The translations under genes and the position numbers were made by a program. 64,000 nucleotides of DNA from NCBI GenBank assembly GCA_043228905.1, contig JBHGNT010000016.1, positions 6,634,001-6,698,000 on the forward strand, given 5' to 3'. Below, in pieces: positions 49,401 to 61,590 of the stretch (within the stretch, counting starts at the first letter, position 1; the number at the start of each line of letters is the position of its first letter). The notes under the pieces are model-generated. The model saw only the letters and a program-made list of their open reading frames with translations. It had not been told where the DNA came from and did not search any database. The DNA is from Azolla caroliniana. Its lineage: Eukaryota; Plantae; Polypodiophyta.

Positions 49401-50036
49401 ATCGGGGAGCGCAGACCTTCTTCTACTTGTTTCTGGTTGTAACTCTACAACCGAATCTTTTTCTAGTGTCTTCGTAATCGATCGTGTACGAGGACGTTTA
49501 CAACTAACTGGTGTATCTGGACCAAACGACATCCATTTGACTTGTTCTCTGCTAGTTGCAGATGTAACCGAGCGTGGCAAAATTTTACTGTGTTGTTCGG
49601 TCGACGATAACTATTGCCGACACAATATAGGTCGAACGTTACTCACCGAACGTTCTATCAATGAGTTGTGGTTTAGACGAATAGATACTAAAATGGTTGT
49701 AAACTTATCGATGTTCAGCAAGCATCGAGATCGTTATTTACGTAATAAGTTATAACAGAAAGGAAATAGATTGACAGAGTGTTTCGTACACAGACATTTC
49801 CTAAACTAACTTTATATTACTAAATAAAATGATAGCTCTTTACATTGCCTTCGATTCCTTTTATAGGCAACCGGAAGGACTTTCTCATCAAGAAAACATA
49901 TTGCCAAACATGGCAAGAACTACAAAATCTTTAACTAGCTTATAATTTTAGTTTTAATTTACTTCGGCCAAATGCTGACTCATCGATCCTCTATACCGAT
50001 CCGAATCCGACTCCGGCACAAAAGATCCGGGTAACA
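44475..50036 (-). mobile_element. Decayed non-chromoviral Ty3/gypsy element, 3'-truncated within or after integrase
   Basis: Putative 5' LTR at 49712-50036 (TGTT...AACA, TATA box). Gag at about 48000-49330 with CCHC knuckles. Protease IVDGGSG. RT (RYRLNPNYA, FLDDF). RH (DASD, YSTTEREALG). IN (WGLDFVGP, SDQGTHF). Confidence 0.85.
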
Positions 50037-50044
50037 CAAAAGAG

Positions 50045-50503
50045 CCTCAAGCTGAGCTTGAGGGGGAGTGTTGAGATACAAGCTCAACATTAGCCGGATC
50101 GGTTGTGCAAGCCGAGAACCGGATCGGTTGGGACTGATCGGTTAGGCCGGACCAGGTGCATAAACCGGTGCGCAACGAGAAGCCGTAGGGGTGCTTAAAC
50201 CGCGAGGCTGTTGGAAAGATATTCCGCGTAGGAATATATTTTAGGAGTTAGTGTAGAGCTCAGTTATGAGCATTGAAGTACGTGTCAGTACTTCTGTCAG
50301 TCCGTATGGACTTGTATAAAAGTGCTCACTGAGCACATTCTATGTACAGACAGAGTATTATTTTTTGAATATAGTTGTGTGTATTGACTCTCTCTCCCTC
50401 TCTCTCTATGTCTCTCCCGCGTATTGTGTGTCCAAGCTCTCCATTAAACCTATGTTTTCCTACATTCTGCTCTCTGTTGCTTCCGCACGTTGTTCTTTTC
50501 ACA
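50045..50503 (+). mobile_element. Copia 3' end (PPT plus 3' LTR at 50069-50503)
   Basis: CCTCAAGCTGAGCTTGAGGGGGAG followed by TGTTGAG...TTTTCACA. Shares the GAGCATTGAAGTA...CTGTCAGTCC...GGACTTGTATAAA block with the LTRs at 2818 and 7905. Confidence 0.85.
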
Positions 50504-52060
50504 CTCTCCTTTGGGAATGGGAGTCAATGTTGTTTGTCGAGTTGGCATGCTTCGCACACTCAGTCAACTTGTTTCGACTCGAAGGTCGGAAGTCCGATGA
50601 CGACTCCCTTTGTTTCCATAGCTCGGAGCTGTTGGAGGTTTATGTGGCCGATTCTCTTGTGCCACAACTCGATGCTTGTCTCAGTTTTGAGACCTTTGGC
50701 ATACATGGCCGATTTCACTTCGTTATAATTAAGGATGAACATTCGACCATCTCTTCGTCCTTTAGCTATGAGTCAGCCATCTTTCTCGATGAAGCATCCT
50801 TCATTGTTGAAACGAACTTGTATGCCTTGCTCCACAATTTGGCCGAACGAGACCAAATTCTTCGTTATTATGGGCACATGCAAGACATTCTTGATGCATT
50901 TATTTTGGCCGTCGTTGCCGAATGGAACGTTGCCGATGTGCCGAATCGGATATGTGGTGTCGTAACCCATCTCTATGACGCCGGGTCGATCGGGTGTGCG
51001 CAAATCACGGAACCACTCTTCGTGGGATGTCATATGATGTGAGGCGCCGGAATCGACGAACCACGCGTCTTTTGAGTTGGAGGTGCTTGTGGAGTCGAAA
51101 GTCGTGATAGAGTTCACTCTATGTCTCATTACGAATAGACCACCGTAGTCATCGTATTCGGAGTTGTTGGCGTAGTTTGTGAGTTGTCGGCTTGTCGAAG
51201 CCGACTCGCTTCTCTTTTTCCGACACTCCTCTTCGCGGTGGCCGATTTTGCCGCAATAGTTGCAAGCAATAGACTACGTTTCTGAAGGTTCCTTGATGGC
51301 TTCTGTCTTGTTGTTGAAGGTTTGAGTTCCCTTCGTGTGATGGGTCTAATCAACCTCTTCTACCCCTTCAACCTCGTCCTCGGCCACCATCCGAATTCGA
51401 GAAGAACATTTTTCCTTCCGATGTCTTGGTTTTGGTTTGGACGTGGTTCTCTTTAACCATTAGCATTGATTGAAGCAGGAAGAACGAAGGAGGGTTTTCC
51501 CTCGTCAAGATTGCCATCCTCAACGAGTCAAATCGTTGTGTGAGGCCACCCAAGCATACTTGAACCATCTCGTCTTCGTCGACATTTATGTTGATGGAGC
51601 CAAGCAAGTCGCAAATGCTCTTGATCTTGGCGGTGTAGTCTGACACAGAGATGTCCTTTTGCCGAATGTTGTTCAACTCTTGTCGGAGTTGAAGCTTTCG
51701 AGTGGTTGTGTTGGCGGCAATACATTTTCTTTAAGTTCTCCCACACCTCTTTGGGCACCTTGGTGTCTCGAATATGGCTAAGCATGTGGTCGTGGACACA
51801 TGTTGCCAAGCAATACATGACTTGACTCGCCGCTTGCTCCAATGTTGAGTAGTTGGCGTTCTTTGAGCCAAGTCAATTTTCTTGAGCGTCGTTGATGGAG
51901 CTCCAATACCCTTGGCGGACAAGGTATTGGTTCATCTTGTACTCCCAAGATGAATAATTACTCCGGTCTAGCTTTTCACTACGGAGCGAGCTACCCATTT
52001 GTGTGTTCATTTTGATGTAGTGTCTTCTCTTCTTTTGTGTGTTCATTTTGATGTAGTGTC
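50504..52060 (-). mobile_element. 5' coding part of a Copia element (gag, CCHC, protease, GAG-pre-integrase); its LTR remnant probably lies at 57251-57531
   Basis: SEKLDRSNYSSWEYKM, CNYCGKIGH, WFVDSGASHHM and LWHKRIGH motifs, with frameshifts. Confidence 0.85.
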
Positions 52061-52678
52061 TTCTGGTTGCATTGGGACTTTTGCCGGCCAAGGTGGGGGA
52101 ATGCCGGAATTGATTCCGGCCAGGTTATCCTACCAACAGGAATCTAGCCGGTTGATATTTTTTCAACCGGCTAGTTATATAGTTTTTTAAAAATATAGGT
52201 ATGTATATATAACAAAAATATAGTTTTAACTTTCCCCCTCTTTCCCCCTCTTTCCCCCTTTCTTCCCTCCTGAGAGTCAAGAGTCGAGACTCGAGACCTT
52301 ACGTTTCTTGATCCCTGTTCGCTGCTCACAGTCGCTATTTGCTTATCCCTATTGTTGCTTCCCGTTCCCTGCTCCCTATTCCTTGGTCTCTACTCTTTGA
52401 TCGATACTCCTTGTTCCCTGGTCACTGCTCCCTACTTGTTCTTCCCTGGGCACAAACCACCACTCTCAGGTATGGATTTTGCTCATTTTACTTATGAGGT
52501 ATGTATTTTGGCTTTCCTCTAGCTAAACAATGTCTTGTCTCTTGAGGTTGTGCTCATTATTGTTGGAGATGAGCTATAATAAAACATTCAATTATCTAAT
52601 TCTTTCATAATTATATTGCATGTTGAGGTCTTTATGCATGGCTAATAAAAGCTCTATTTTTGTGCAAAAATGAAGAAA

Positions 52679-53545
52679 TTAAATCCCCATTGTTGTATAT
52701 ATGGTAGTAGACTTCATAGGTTTTTTCATGTAAGAATAACAATCATATTGTTCCTTCTCTTCTTCTTCTTCTTCTTCTTCTTCTTCTTCTTCTTCTAGCA
52801 TTACATCAAGGCCTTCACAAGATTTGAACCTCCTATGTTGATGGTGAGGATGCTGCATTTTAGGTTTTTGTCTTGTGAAGTCATTATAAGGTTTCCATAG
52901 AGGTGAATTAGCCTCTCGATCAAAGCAAGATTCCAGATCATGGATCCTATTAAAACATAAAGACCTTTCTATATTTAGAGGCTTTCCTCCTTCTTGACCA
53001 AGACCAAGACCATGACCATCCCAATGACCATGACCATCATCAATATCATCATCATCATCATCTAATCCTTCCATTAGCTCCCATGCATTAATAGTTTCCA
53101 ATTGATCTACACCATTATCAGCATGAATGCTATGTTGATCAGGGTGACCCATACCTTCTTGCTCTTCCTCTTGTTCTTCTTCAATGATCGGATTAAGCTC
53201 TATTCTGAATGATTAGAGGTTATTATAAATGTGGCCCAAATCATCCTTTTTGTCACTGAGCTTGAGAAAACCATAGCTTGATCTAGAAGCAAGGGGAACG
53301 ACATGATGCATGTCTTTCACTCTGTTTCTCTCACTTTCTTCTTCTTTTTCTTCATCTTCTTCTTCAATATGATGATAATTTATGGGTTCTGATACAGTTC
53401 TTGAAACAGGGGCATACCAGCTTTTATTCATAACATTACTAGAGTTAGTAGTAGTACTAGTACCATTAGTAATGGCTTTTTGTGGAACAAAGTACTCTGT
53501 TCCTCTCCTCTTTCTTCCTAACGACTTTGAAGATGAACAACCCAT
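52679..53545 (-). pseudogene. N-terminal fragment of a plant glutaredoxin-domain family protein (At5g39865/At3g28850-like), with one premature stop and truncated at the GRX domain
   Basis: MGCSSSK N-terminus, HHVVPL..SSYG and ETINAWELMEGLD motifs. ORFs 53213-53545 and 52679-53152 are in the same frame, separated by a single TAA. Confidence 0.75.
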
Positions 53546-53845
53546 ACTTATAATATGCTTAAATCTAGTATGTATGATAAAAAGACAGTTTTTTCACTAG
53601 ATTACTAAGAAAGTTTAGTCATTGCATAGATGTATGGATCTCATTAATATCAGTAGTTATGATTAAGGTTAAGGTGGGGCGATAAGTAATAAGCCCAACT
53701 TTAGCGTGAGGGAAGATCATGGATGTGAATCTATGAAATGTAAAGTCCAGTAGATTGAGTTGGTCGCTTGAGGCTCCTATGTTTAGCATAATTTTTAATC
53801 CTTTCAACAGGTAGGAGTCAGGACTAGACATTTTCTTTTCAACTT

Positions 53846-54413
53846 ATCTTTCCTACTAGATGCATTGTGGGAAAACGAATTTCTTGACATATTTGAAATG
53901 ATTTTAGCTATGATTTCCTTCTTTTTGACATATTTCTTGTTTGGAAATTTACATTAGCAACATGTGATTCTATGTGTTGAATATGATGTCTTTCTTGGCA
54001 AAAATCTTTATGTGCATGAATTAAAACTTCATACCATTGCAAATCAATTTCTGTCCATTACTCCCATTTGTAAATCAATTCTAATTTATATCTTAAGTTT
54101 TTGTGATCTCTAAAGTGTATCTCAAAATCTTTCCTACTAGATGCATTTTGTGGGAAAACGAATTTCCTGACATATTTGAAATGATTTTAGCTATGATTTC
54201 CTTCTTTTTGACATATTTCTTGTTTGGAAATTTACATTAGCAACATGTGATTCTATGTGTTGAATATGATGTCTTTCTTGGCAAAAATCTTTATGTGCAT
54301 GAATTAACACTTCATACCATTGCAAATCAATTTCTGTCCATTACTCCCATTTGTAAATCAATTCTAATTTATATCTTAAGTTTTTGTGATCTCTAAAGTG
54401 TATCTCAAAATCT
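53846..54413. repeat. Near-perfect tandem duplication of about 281 bp
   Basis: atctttcctactagatgcatt...tatctcaaaatct starts at 53846 and again at 54127. Confidence 0.9.
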
Positions 54414-54663
54414 CAGTGTTCTAAACTAGAGCTTATTTAATGTGGGTAAGCTAATGTGAACCATCCTCTTTCTTCTTTATTTTTTGATAGATTGGAAGGT
54501 CCATAGTGGAAACTTGATCCTTCATTGCCTCAGAAACTTCAAATATCCCAGGTATCTTAATTTGTTTTTTTTCTTTTTAGAAACATGGATTGTGTATGTA
54601 GGTTTCGCCTTCTTATATTATGTTAGTCAAACATTCTCTGCATTATTGTTACAGACTTACAGT

Positions 54664-56895
54664 ATGTCCCAAAACAAAAATATGAAAGGCAAAGGAAAGC
54701 AAATTAGCCTCTTTACAATGCCCGGCTTTAGGAAAAACTTGCCATCTAAAGAAGATGTGTCTCCAGAAGAGCCTATAAAGGACCATCAACACTCTGAAGA
54801 ATTACTTAATGAGATGAATAGAATTAGTAAGGCCAAACTAAAATTTCAAGAAGATTGGCTTACTAAATTTAAGTGGCTTCAAGAGGATTTAGAAACTGGT
54901 CTTTTATGGTGTAGTTATTGTAGGAGTGATCCTCATAGTAAGTCTTCATTTGGCAAAACAGGTGCCAAAAACTTTAAGACTTCCGCATTAGAAGAACATG
55001 CAAGAAGTGTGGCCCATCAAGATGCCATTTTGTTACAAGAACGAGACAAGAATGGTCTTGAAAAATGTGCATCCAAAAAAAAAGCAAGTGTGGATGTAGC
55101 AATTGAAAAATTGTTTAAATGTGCATATTTTATAGCTAAAGAGGATTTAGCATTTAGAAAATTGGAAAGCCTCTTACGATTGTTAAGAAAATGTGGTGTG
55201 GAAGGCCTTCCACGAATGTATAATGATAATAAGGCTTGTGCAAGCTTTATCTTGCACATTAGCAAGGCTCTTGAAGCTGAGATCTATGATAGGTTGAGGA
55301 AAAGTCCTTGGTTTGGGCTTATGGTAGATGAAGCTACCAATGTAAGCGTAACCAAGAACTTGATTCTTTATGCTACATTTGTGGAAGGAAGGCAAGTAAG
55401 AACCTCTTATTTGGGGTTACTTGAAGTAGAGGATGGTACATCAAACACAATAACAGAAAGCATTTTAGCATTGTTAAAAAAGTGGAACTTAGATGTTAGA
55501 AAAATGATGGGATTCGGAAGTGATGGAGCATCTGTTATGGTAGGTATGTCTACAGGTGTTGCTACAAGATTGAAGTCATATAACCCATTTATGACTTCCT
55601 TACATTGTTGTGCACATCGAACAAACTTGTGTGTGCAAGAGGCTTCAAAGAACATTGAAGTCAAAGAAACATGTAAGCAGTTAGATGCCCTTGTGAATCG
55701 GGTGGCTGCACATTTCTCGAGGAGCTCACTACACCAAGGTGAATTAACTAAGATGCAAGATGCACTAGAATACACACATTTGCATATTCTGGGGATTGTG
55801 AAAACACGATGGCTTAGTCGGCATGGTGCTATCATGAGGGTATGTGATGTGTATGAACCCTTGATGAAGACTTTACAATCGCAAAGTGATGCATACAATA
55901 TATTCTTAAGTTTAAGAAACTTCAAAGTAGTGTATATGCTTCACTTTCTTGCAGATGTACTTAAGATCATGTCAACGTTAAGTATGGAATTCCAAAAGGA
56001 ATATGTGGATGTGACATGCATTGGAGGTTTGGCTATGATAGCAATTGGGGATATCAAAGAACAATTTCTCCATCATGTTATGATGGATCTAAATGGTTTT
56101 GAGAAGGATAGCTATAATTATCCAATTATTCCAGAATATGGTAGAGAAAAAGGAATGCTTTCAGTTTTAAGAGATGCTATTAAAGGTAATATGTATAAAA
56201 GCATCCTCATGGATAGATGTATTGATGGTGAGGACTTGATTGAAGCCATACAATTCCAAACTTTGTTTTCTAAGGCATTAATAAAGACAATAAAAAAGAG
56301 GCTTCAAGATCCGGTAACTCTTTGCGCATTGAAAATGTTATCACCAATGAACATGTCTACCGGATCTACAAGCATTTTAGCACGAAAAACTATGGGTCTT
56401 AATGAGTTGAAAACAATTGGAAATTTTTATGGCATTCAAAAAATGGTAGATGGGAAAGCGTTTTCTCCCATAATTGATAATGATAAATTGTATGATGAAT
56501 ATGCAATTTTCAAAAGGCAAGCTACCACGGAATGGCTTGGAAGAGATTTCTTAGATGTTTGGGGTATGATAAATTGTAATGATGTATGGAAAGAAAAGCT
56601 ACCCGAACTTCTAAAGATTGCATTGATAGGTTTAATCCAATGTGCTTCTACACCAGCATGTGAGAGAGGCTTTAGTCGCCTAAATCTAATAAAAAATAAG
56701 TTTAGAAATAGGCTGAAAAATAATGCGGTTGATGCATTGATACGAATCTCTATTGAAGGACCTGAACTAGAAGAACATGACTTCAATGCTAGCATTTTGT
56801 TGTGGCGAGAAAGCAAGGCATATCGTCATATTTTTACAGGAACTTCTCATGAGCATGATGATGAGATCGAGGACTTCATAGAAGATATAGATTAA
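54664..56895 (+). CDS. hAT transposase (ZNF862/C17orf113-like: TTF-type zinc finger, DUF4371, hATC), 743 aa
   Basis: FQEDWLTKFKWL...WCSYC...H...H zinc finger. Catalytic D residues in MVDEAT and GSDGA. CxxH (HCCAH), TRW and CERGFS. The ATG at 54664 follows a probable splice acceptor at 54654. Confidence 0.9.
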   Translation: MSQNKNMKGKGKQISLFTMPGFRKNLPSKEDVSPEEPIKDHQHSEELLNEMNRISKAKLKFQEDWLTKFKWLQEDLETGLLWCSYCRSDPHSKSSFGKTGAKNFKTSALEEHARSVAHQDAILLQERDKNGLEKCASKKKASVDVAIEKLFKCAYFIAKEDLAFRKLESLLRLLRKCGVEGLPRMYNDNKACASFILHISKALEAEIYDRLRKSPWFGLMVDEATNVSVTKNLILYATFVEGRQVRTSYLGLLEVEDGTSNTITESILALLKKWNLDVRKMMGFGSDGASVMVGMSTGVATRLKSYNPFMTSLHCCAHRTNLCVQEASKNIEVKETCKQLDALVNRVAAHFSRSSLHQGELTKMQDALEYTHLHILGIVKTRWLSRHGAIMRVCDVYEPLMKTLQSQSDAYNIFLSLRNFKVVYMLHFLADVLKIMSTLSMEFQKEYVDVTCIGGLAMIAIGDIKEQFLHHVMMDLNGFEKDSYNYPIIPEYGREKGMLSVLRDAIKGNMYKSILMDRCIDGEDLIEAIQFQTLFSKALIKTIKKRLQDPVTLCALKMLSPMNMSTGSTSILARKTMGLNELKTIGNFYGIQKMVDGKAFSPIIDNDKLYDEYAIFKRQATTEWLGRDFLDVWGMINCNDVWKEKLPELLKIALIGLIQCASTPACERGFSRLNLIKNKFRNRLKNNAVDALIRISIEGPELEEHDFNASILLWRESKAYRHIFTGTSHEHDDEIEDFIEDID

Positions 56896-57250
56896 AACTT
56901 TATAAATGTGATCGATTTTGTTTTGGAACTTTCAATATATTACATCTAATTTGATCTAATATGTTGTTAATGCTACTTTACAAAGGTTTGAAAAGTGAAT
57001 TATGTTTATAAAGTTAGAAATTTTTTTGGTAAATATATATCTTTAGTTTTTGGGTTCCAAAATTTTGTGATTGATTTGATTTGGTATTGCATTAGATTTT
57101 TTTTGGTTATGCGGCCAAAAAAAATTTCAACATGTTCCGGTTGACATTGTCGTTGGTAGGAACGTGGCCGGCCAAAAATTTAAAATTCCGGTTAGGTTCA
57201 TGAGAAGCAGGAAAATTTCTGGTAGAGGCTACAAACTTTGCCCAACACTG

Positions 57251-57531
57251 GTAACTATATTAAAAAGCATCATCAAATACAAAAATACCTACAATGAGGT
57301 ATATATTGATCTCATGTGCAAGGGTGCACATGTGTGAGGAGAATATAGGTACAAGGGTGTAAGTCCTATATTAAATGTACTTGGGAGTGGAGGATCTGGA
57401 ATATCCCACTTAAGTACAAGGTCTTATTTAAGGCGTTATAGTTAACACTTCTAACTAGATTTTATTTGGGTAACTACGAAGTTACATGGTTGACTAACTA
57501 ACTAACTCTAGTTGAGCTTGATCGCTCAACA
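57251..57531 (-). mobile_element. Copia LTR remnant
   Basis: Minus strand starts TGTTGAGCGATCAAGCTCAAC, the terminus shared by the other Copia LTRs here. Confidence 0.6.
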
Positions 57532-57699
57532 ATAATTAACCGCCATGTCAGGGGGATCATAGTATGATATTATGTCCTAATCATAGAACGTAATATTTGT
57601 GTTCGTGCAAGCATTCAAACGATTGAAAATGTTTGAAAAGGGAAAAATACATGCTCATTTTTTTTTCTTTTTTTTCATGTTTTTTATCACAAATTCAGG

Positions 57700-58180
57700 T
57701 CATCCTAGTGGTAACGAGACATGCTATTGTTGTCTATGTCTTGTGTTTGAGTCCCAATTTTCTCATCTCTCTCTTGTTAGTACCATAGCAAATTTTTATA
57801 TTAGTTTTTTCGTTTTTTTTCATTTTTTGTTATTAGAAATAACCTTAACCTAGTGGTAAATTGCCATGCTACTATTGCTTGTGTCTTCAGTTAAATTCCC
57901 AACTTTCTCATATCCTCTTGTTAGTGTCATGTTACTTTTTCTTTTTTTTTTGTTATTAGAAATTAGCTCACCCTAATGGTAAATTGTTATTCTACTACTG
58001 CCTATGCCATGTTTTCTTCATATTCTCGAATATATGTATGTTTTATTAGTTTTTAATCGTTTCTTTTTTCTTCTTTTTCTTTCTTTCTTTGTTATTAGAA
58101 ATTAGCTCACCCTAGTAATAAATTGTTATGCTACTATTGCCTATGTCATGTTTTCTTCATATTCTCGAATGTACGTTTTA
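57700..58180. repeat. Diverged tandem repeats of about 120-140 bp (3-4 units), probably within a non-autonomous DNA element
   Basis: ttgttattagaaat...cctagtggtaaattg...ctactattgc recurs at about 57828, 57950 and 58089, with a partial copy at about 57704. Confidence 0.65.
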
Positions 58181-61100
58181 TGAGTTTTTGAACATTTGAT
58201 TATAATTTATAATGACATATTTTGATTCAATCTCTATAGTTCATACTCCTTTTTTTGTAAAGTTCTAAAGTGAGGATAATAGAGATGTCTTGATTCTTAC
58301 GAAGCATCCCAAAAGTATGCATGTGATACAATGCAAATATTGCAACCATACTTATGTTGGTGGTTCACAATGGATTAGAGTCTACTTATTGGGATTGAGA
58401 GTGAATCAATATATAATATAGACCATAGTCAATCCAATCCAACTTTGAGATGATTTACCATACACGTTTAATTGAATCATTCTCGAATGCGAATGCACTT
58501 ATGATACGTATGGTTCATTCTATGGTCCTAATCATAACTTGAACGGGGAGTTAAGCCTCAACCAGTTTGAGAGTTTCTAAACTTGAATCAAATCAGTTAA
58601 GGCTAAACTAGCTTAGGAGCTGGTTTAGCTAAGCCGATTAAGCCTTAACCGGTTTGTCCCAAATTGGTTTGGTTTGGTTTGAGCCATCCCAAACCGAGCT
58701 CAAACTTATTAAGGAAGTTGAAGGCTAAGCTAAACCAAACTAAATGGCCAAACCGTTTAAAAATGGTTTAACGGTTCGGTTTAGGCTTGAGCCGAGTTGT
58801 CGCTGATTGATTCCTAGGTTTCCCCGACATTGTTGGCAAAAGTCCCAACTGTAACCGGAACGATAGCATTGTTCTTAGGACTTTGTCCAACATTACTTGA
58901 CACCAATGTTTAGGTTTGGTGTGCAAATTACAATTTCATGAATGTGTGCCTATAAAACTTCCAATCTTATTGGAATGACACCACCGTTAACATTCTAAAA
59001 TATTTTTTAATTGACCAAATGTACAAATGTAGACATTTTCATAAATTAAATAATATTTTTTTCGGATAAAGAGGTACAAATGTTTTTTAGGAGTCATTGT
59101 CATAAAAACGAATGTAACATTTGCTTAAAAACCAGCACATATATCTGTCATGAAAAAAATATTAATTACTTGAACTCATAAATTAGTACGTAAAATTCGT
59201 GTTCGTCAGCCATATCATTCGTTTTCCTACGTTGGAAAATAAACACAAATGATATTAAAAAATGATATTAAACACAAATGATTTTTTTTCCTTTTTTTCA
59301 TTTTTTTTTTCATTTTTTTTTCATTTTTTCATTTTTTTTTGTTTTTTCCCTCTTTTTCCCCCTTCTCCTCTGCACATAACATTACGCTCTCCTCTCCTCT
59401 CCCACCTAGCCTCGAATGATCTGCACAGTGCATACCAACGACTCACGACATTCAAGTATAATTAGGTTTAATAATAGGTATTAGGGTTTAAATTTCTAAA
59501 ATGAAATTTCAGAAATTTTAGAGATGAAGTGATAAAATTTTGATATTTACGTTTTACAGTAATTTAGGAACTAATGAGTAGACAAAAAGGCCTGGAGTGG
59601 GAACATGTTGTAATTCAAGTAAAGAATGCAAAAGGCCTGGAGTTGGAACATGTGTTTTTTTTTTGCAATTTTTAAATTTTTTTTTACTTTGAAAAAATAT
59701 TTATCTTATAGTAAATAATTTAACCAAAAGTATGGTATTTATCATTCTTCGAGGGTGTTTACCCTTCTCGAATGATTGAATCATTCTCGAACGCGAATGC
59801 ACGCATGGTACGCATGGTTCATAGTACATATTATGAGTCATAATATTATAGGATGATGATCTTTCTACACCTAGACTCTTCTATTCTAGCTCCATGTAAA
59901 CACTTCGGAATTGCCCTTATTTGGTGAATTTTACACGTCACATATAAAAAAAACTTTATTTTTGACAGGAGAGTTGGTTTTGATCTTACTCATCTTATAA
60001 AACCCTCTTTCACACGCAATTGATAATATCGACAAAATCATTCTAACGTTTACTAGTCATCGTGATTACATCAATCTTTCCAAGATTCATGCATGCTTTT
60101 ATCGCTTGATTAATCAATACACACAAATCCTTCTCAAAATGTTAACATGACAATTGAATGATTGTCTTATGAATGCATTTCGTTTGTCCAAATTTTTATC
60201 ATAGTACTGAAAACACTTTATAGATTCAAATATGTGAAAATCATTCTTAAAAGAATGACATAGTAAAACATTGACTCAAGTGATCATAAGAGCATATCAC
60301 ACACCATATACGTTTTATGTATATTCACATCATCACCTCTATATATTTGACCCAAATGTAGGTGTGGTGTGAAATGCCACTATGAATCCATTCTCACAAA
60401 GTACCTTTGTCATTACTAACAATAAATAGCAAATGATAAGTATCACTGATTGATTTGAAATGTTCTCCGCATAGTGATTTGTCTATATGATAATTAGTTG
60501 GACTCCGCCTGGATGCATATACTTTGGATTAGAAATCGAATATTACTATTTGGTGTTGCTACTTGAGACACTTAGCAACAAATCAATTATACACTAAAAA
60601 ACAGTTGTATTTATTTAATATAAATGAAAACAAACATCTTATTTGACACATCTAATTGATAAAGCCTTTGCCTCACCTTCAAAAGAGGGATCAAGTCATC
60701 ATCATTCATTTCGGAAATGGAAAAATAATGTAGGCAAAGTAAGAAATCTCTAGAATTTAGAAAATTCAATTTCTTACATTATTGCATCCAAACCTTTCTC
60801 AACCCTTAAGAACCGGTGGAAAAAAGAACAAACTAAAGAAATAAACCTCAAGTAGGAGAAGAATCTAATCAAAAGTGAGAGAGGGGGGGGGAAGCTTTTC
60901 GAACGAAGGAAACAATATTTTATTTTACGGGGAATAAAGGGAGATTGCTTGAAGAAGTCTCCCTTACTACCACACCACTCTTATTTCTTGGACATGCAAG
61001 TTGAATGGAAATGCTTTCCCCCAATATTTGGGGGATCATAGAATTCGAAAACTATTTTTTTTCCCATAAAATTACCCTCCATTTGTATTAAAATTAGAGT

Positions 61101-61203
61101 GGCCAAAGGCAATATACAAAATAGTCCACTATTACAATCAACATTGAATATCTTGTTACATTTTTTCCCATATCTCCTGAGCTACCACAAGCCTGCAAGA
61201 GGC

Positions 61204-61590
61204 CTATGAAAATGATAATGTCTGGGGAAAGGCCCCCATTTTGCAGCTGCTTGAAAGAAGTAAAGCTTCATGAACTTGATTATGCTGAGTATACCCAACA
61301 ATGAGCACGTTTGAAGGAACAATATTTCGATGAGGAAGGCCTTTCAACAATTTCTCTACTTGTGCAAGCATCCCACACTTGACATACCTATCCACGAAGG
61401 TGGTACAAAATACAATATCCCCCTACATTAACTGCGTAATTTTGTCATGAATTGGTTGTCCTATGTGCGTTGTTTCTGTTCTTCTACAAGCCTTCAATGT
61501 ACAAATGAAGGTGATTGCATCTGGAGAAAGCCTCTCACTTTGCATATGTTCAAAACCGTACATCACTTCATAACATTGCCCTTGTTGGCC
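61204..61590 (-). pseudogene. PLS-class pentatricopeptide repeat (PPR) gene remnant
   Basis: GYGQQGQ...FEHMQSERLSPDAITFICTLKAC...IHDKI and VDRYVKCGML...RNIVPSNVLIVGY, with stops and frameshifts. Confidence 0.8.

Larger units (their letters stand above)
52069..57250 (+). mobile_element. hAT-superfamily DNA transposon with intact transposase and a captured gene fragment
   Basis: Right terminus reads CAGTGTTGGGC on the minus strand (57240-57250). Left end GCATTGGG is degenerate. Inverted subterminal similarity between 52115-52170 and 57115-57175. No TSD was recovered. Confidence 0.7.

Noticed and set aside
54484-54663. Hydrophobic 60-aa N-terminal extension of the 803-aa ORF
   Set aside because: It starts at TTG and spans a probable GT-AG intron (54552-54654). 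The real start is more likely the ATG at 54664.
36405-57531. Idea that the minus-strand Copia pieces at 36405-43301 and 50504-57531 are a single element
   Set aside because: The two LTR sequences differ beyond their termini and the outer flanks (TCTTG versus ATAAT) do not form a TSD.
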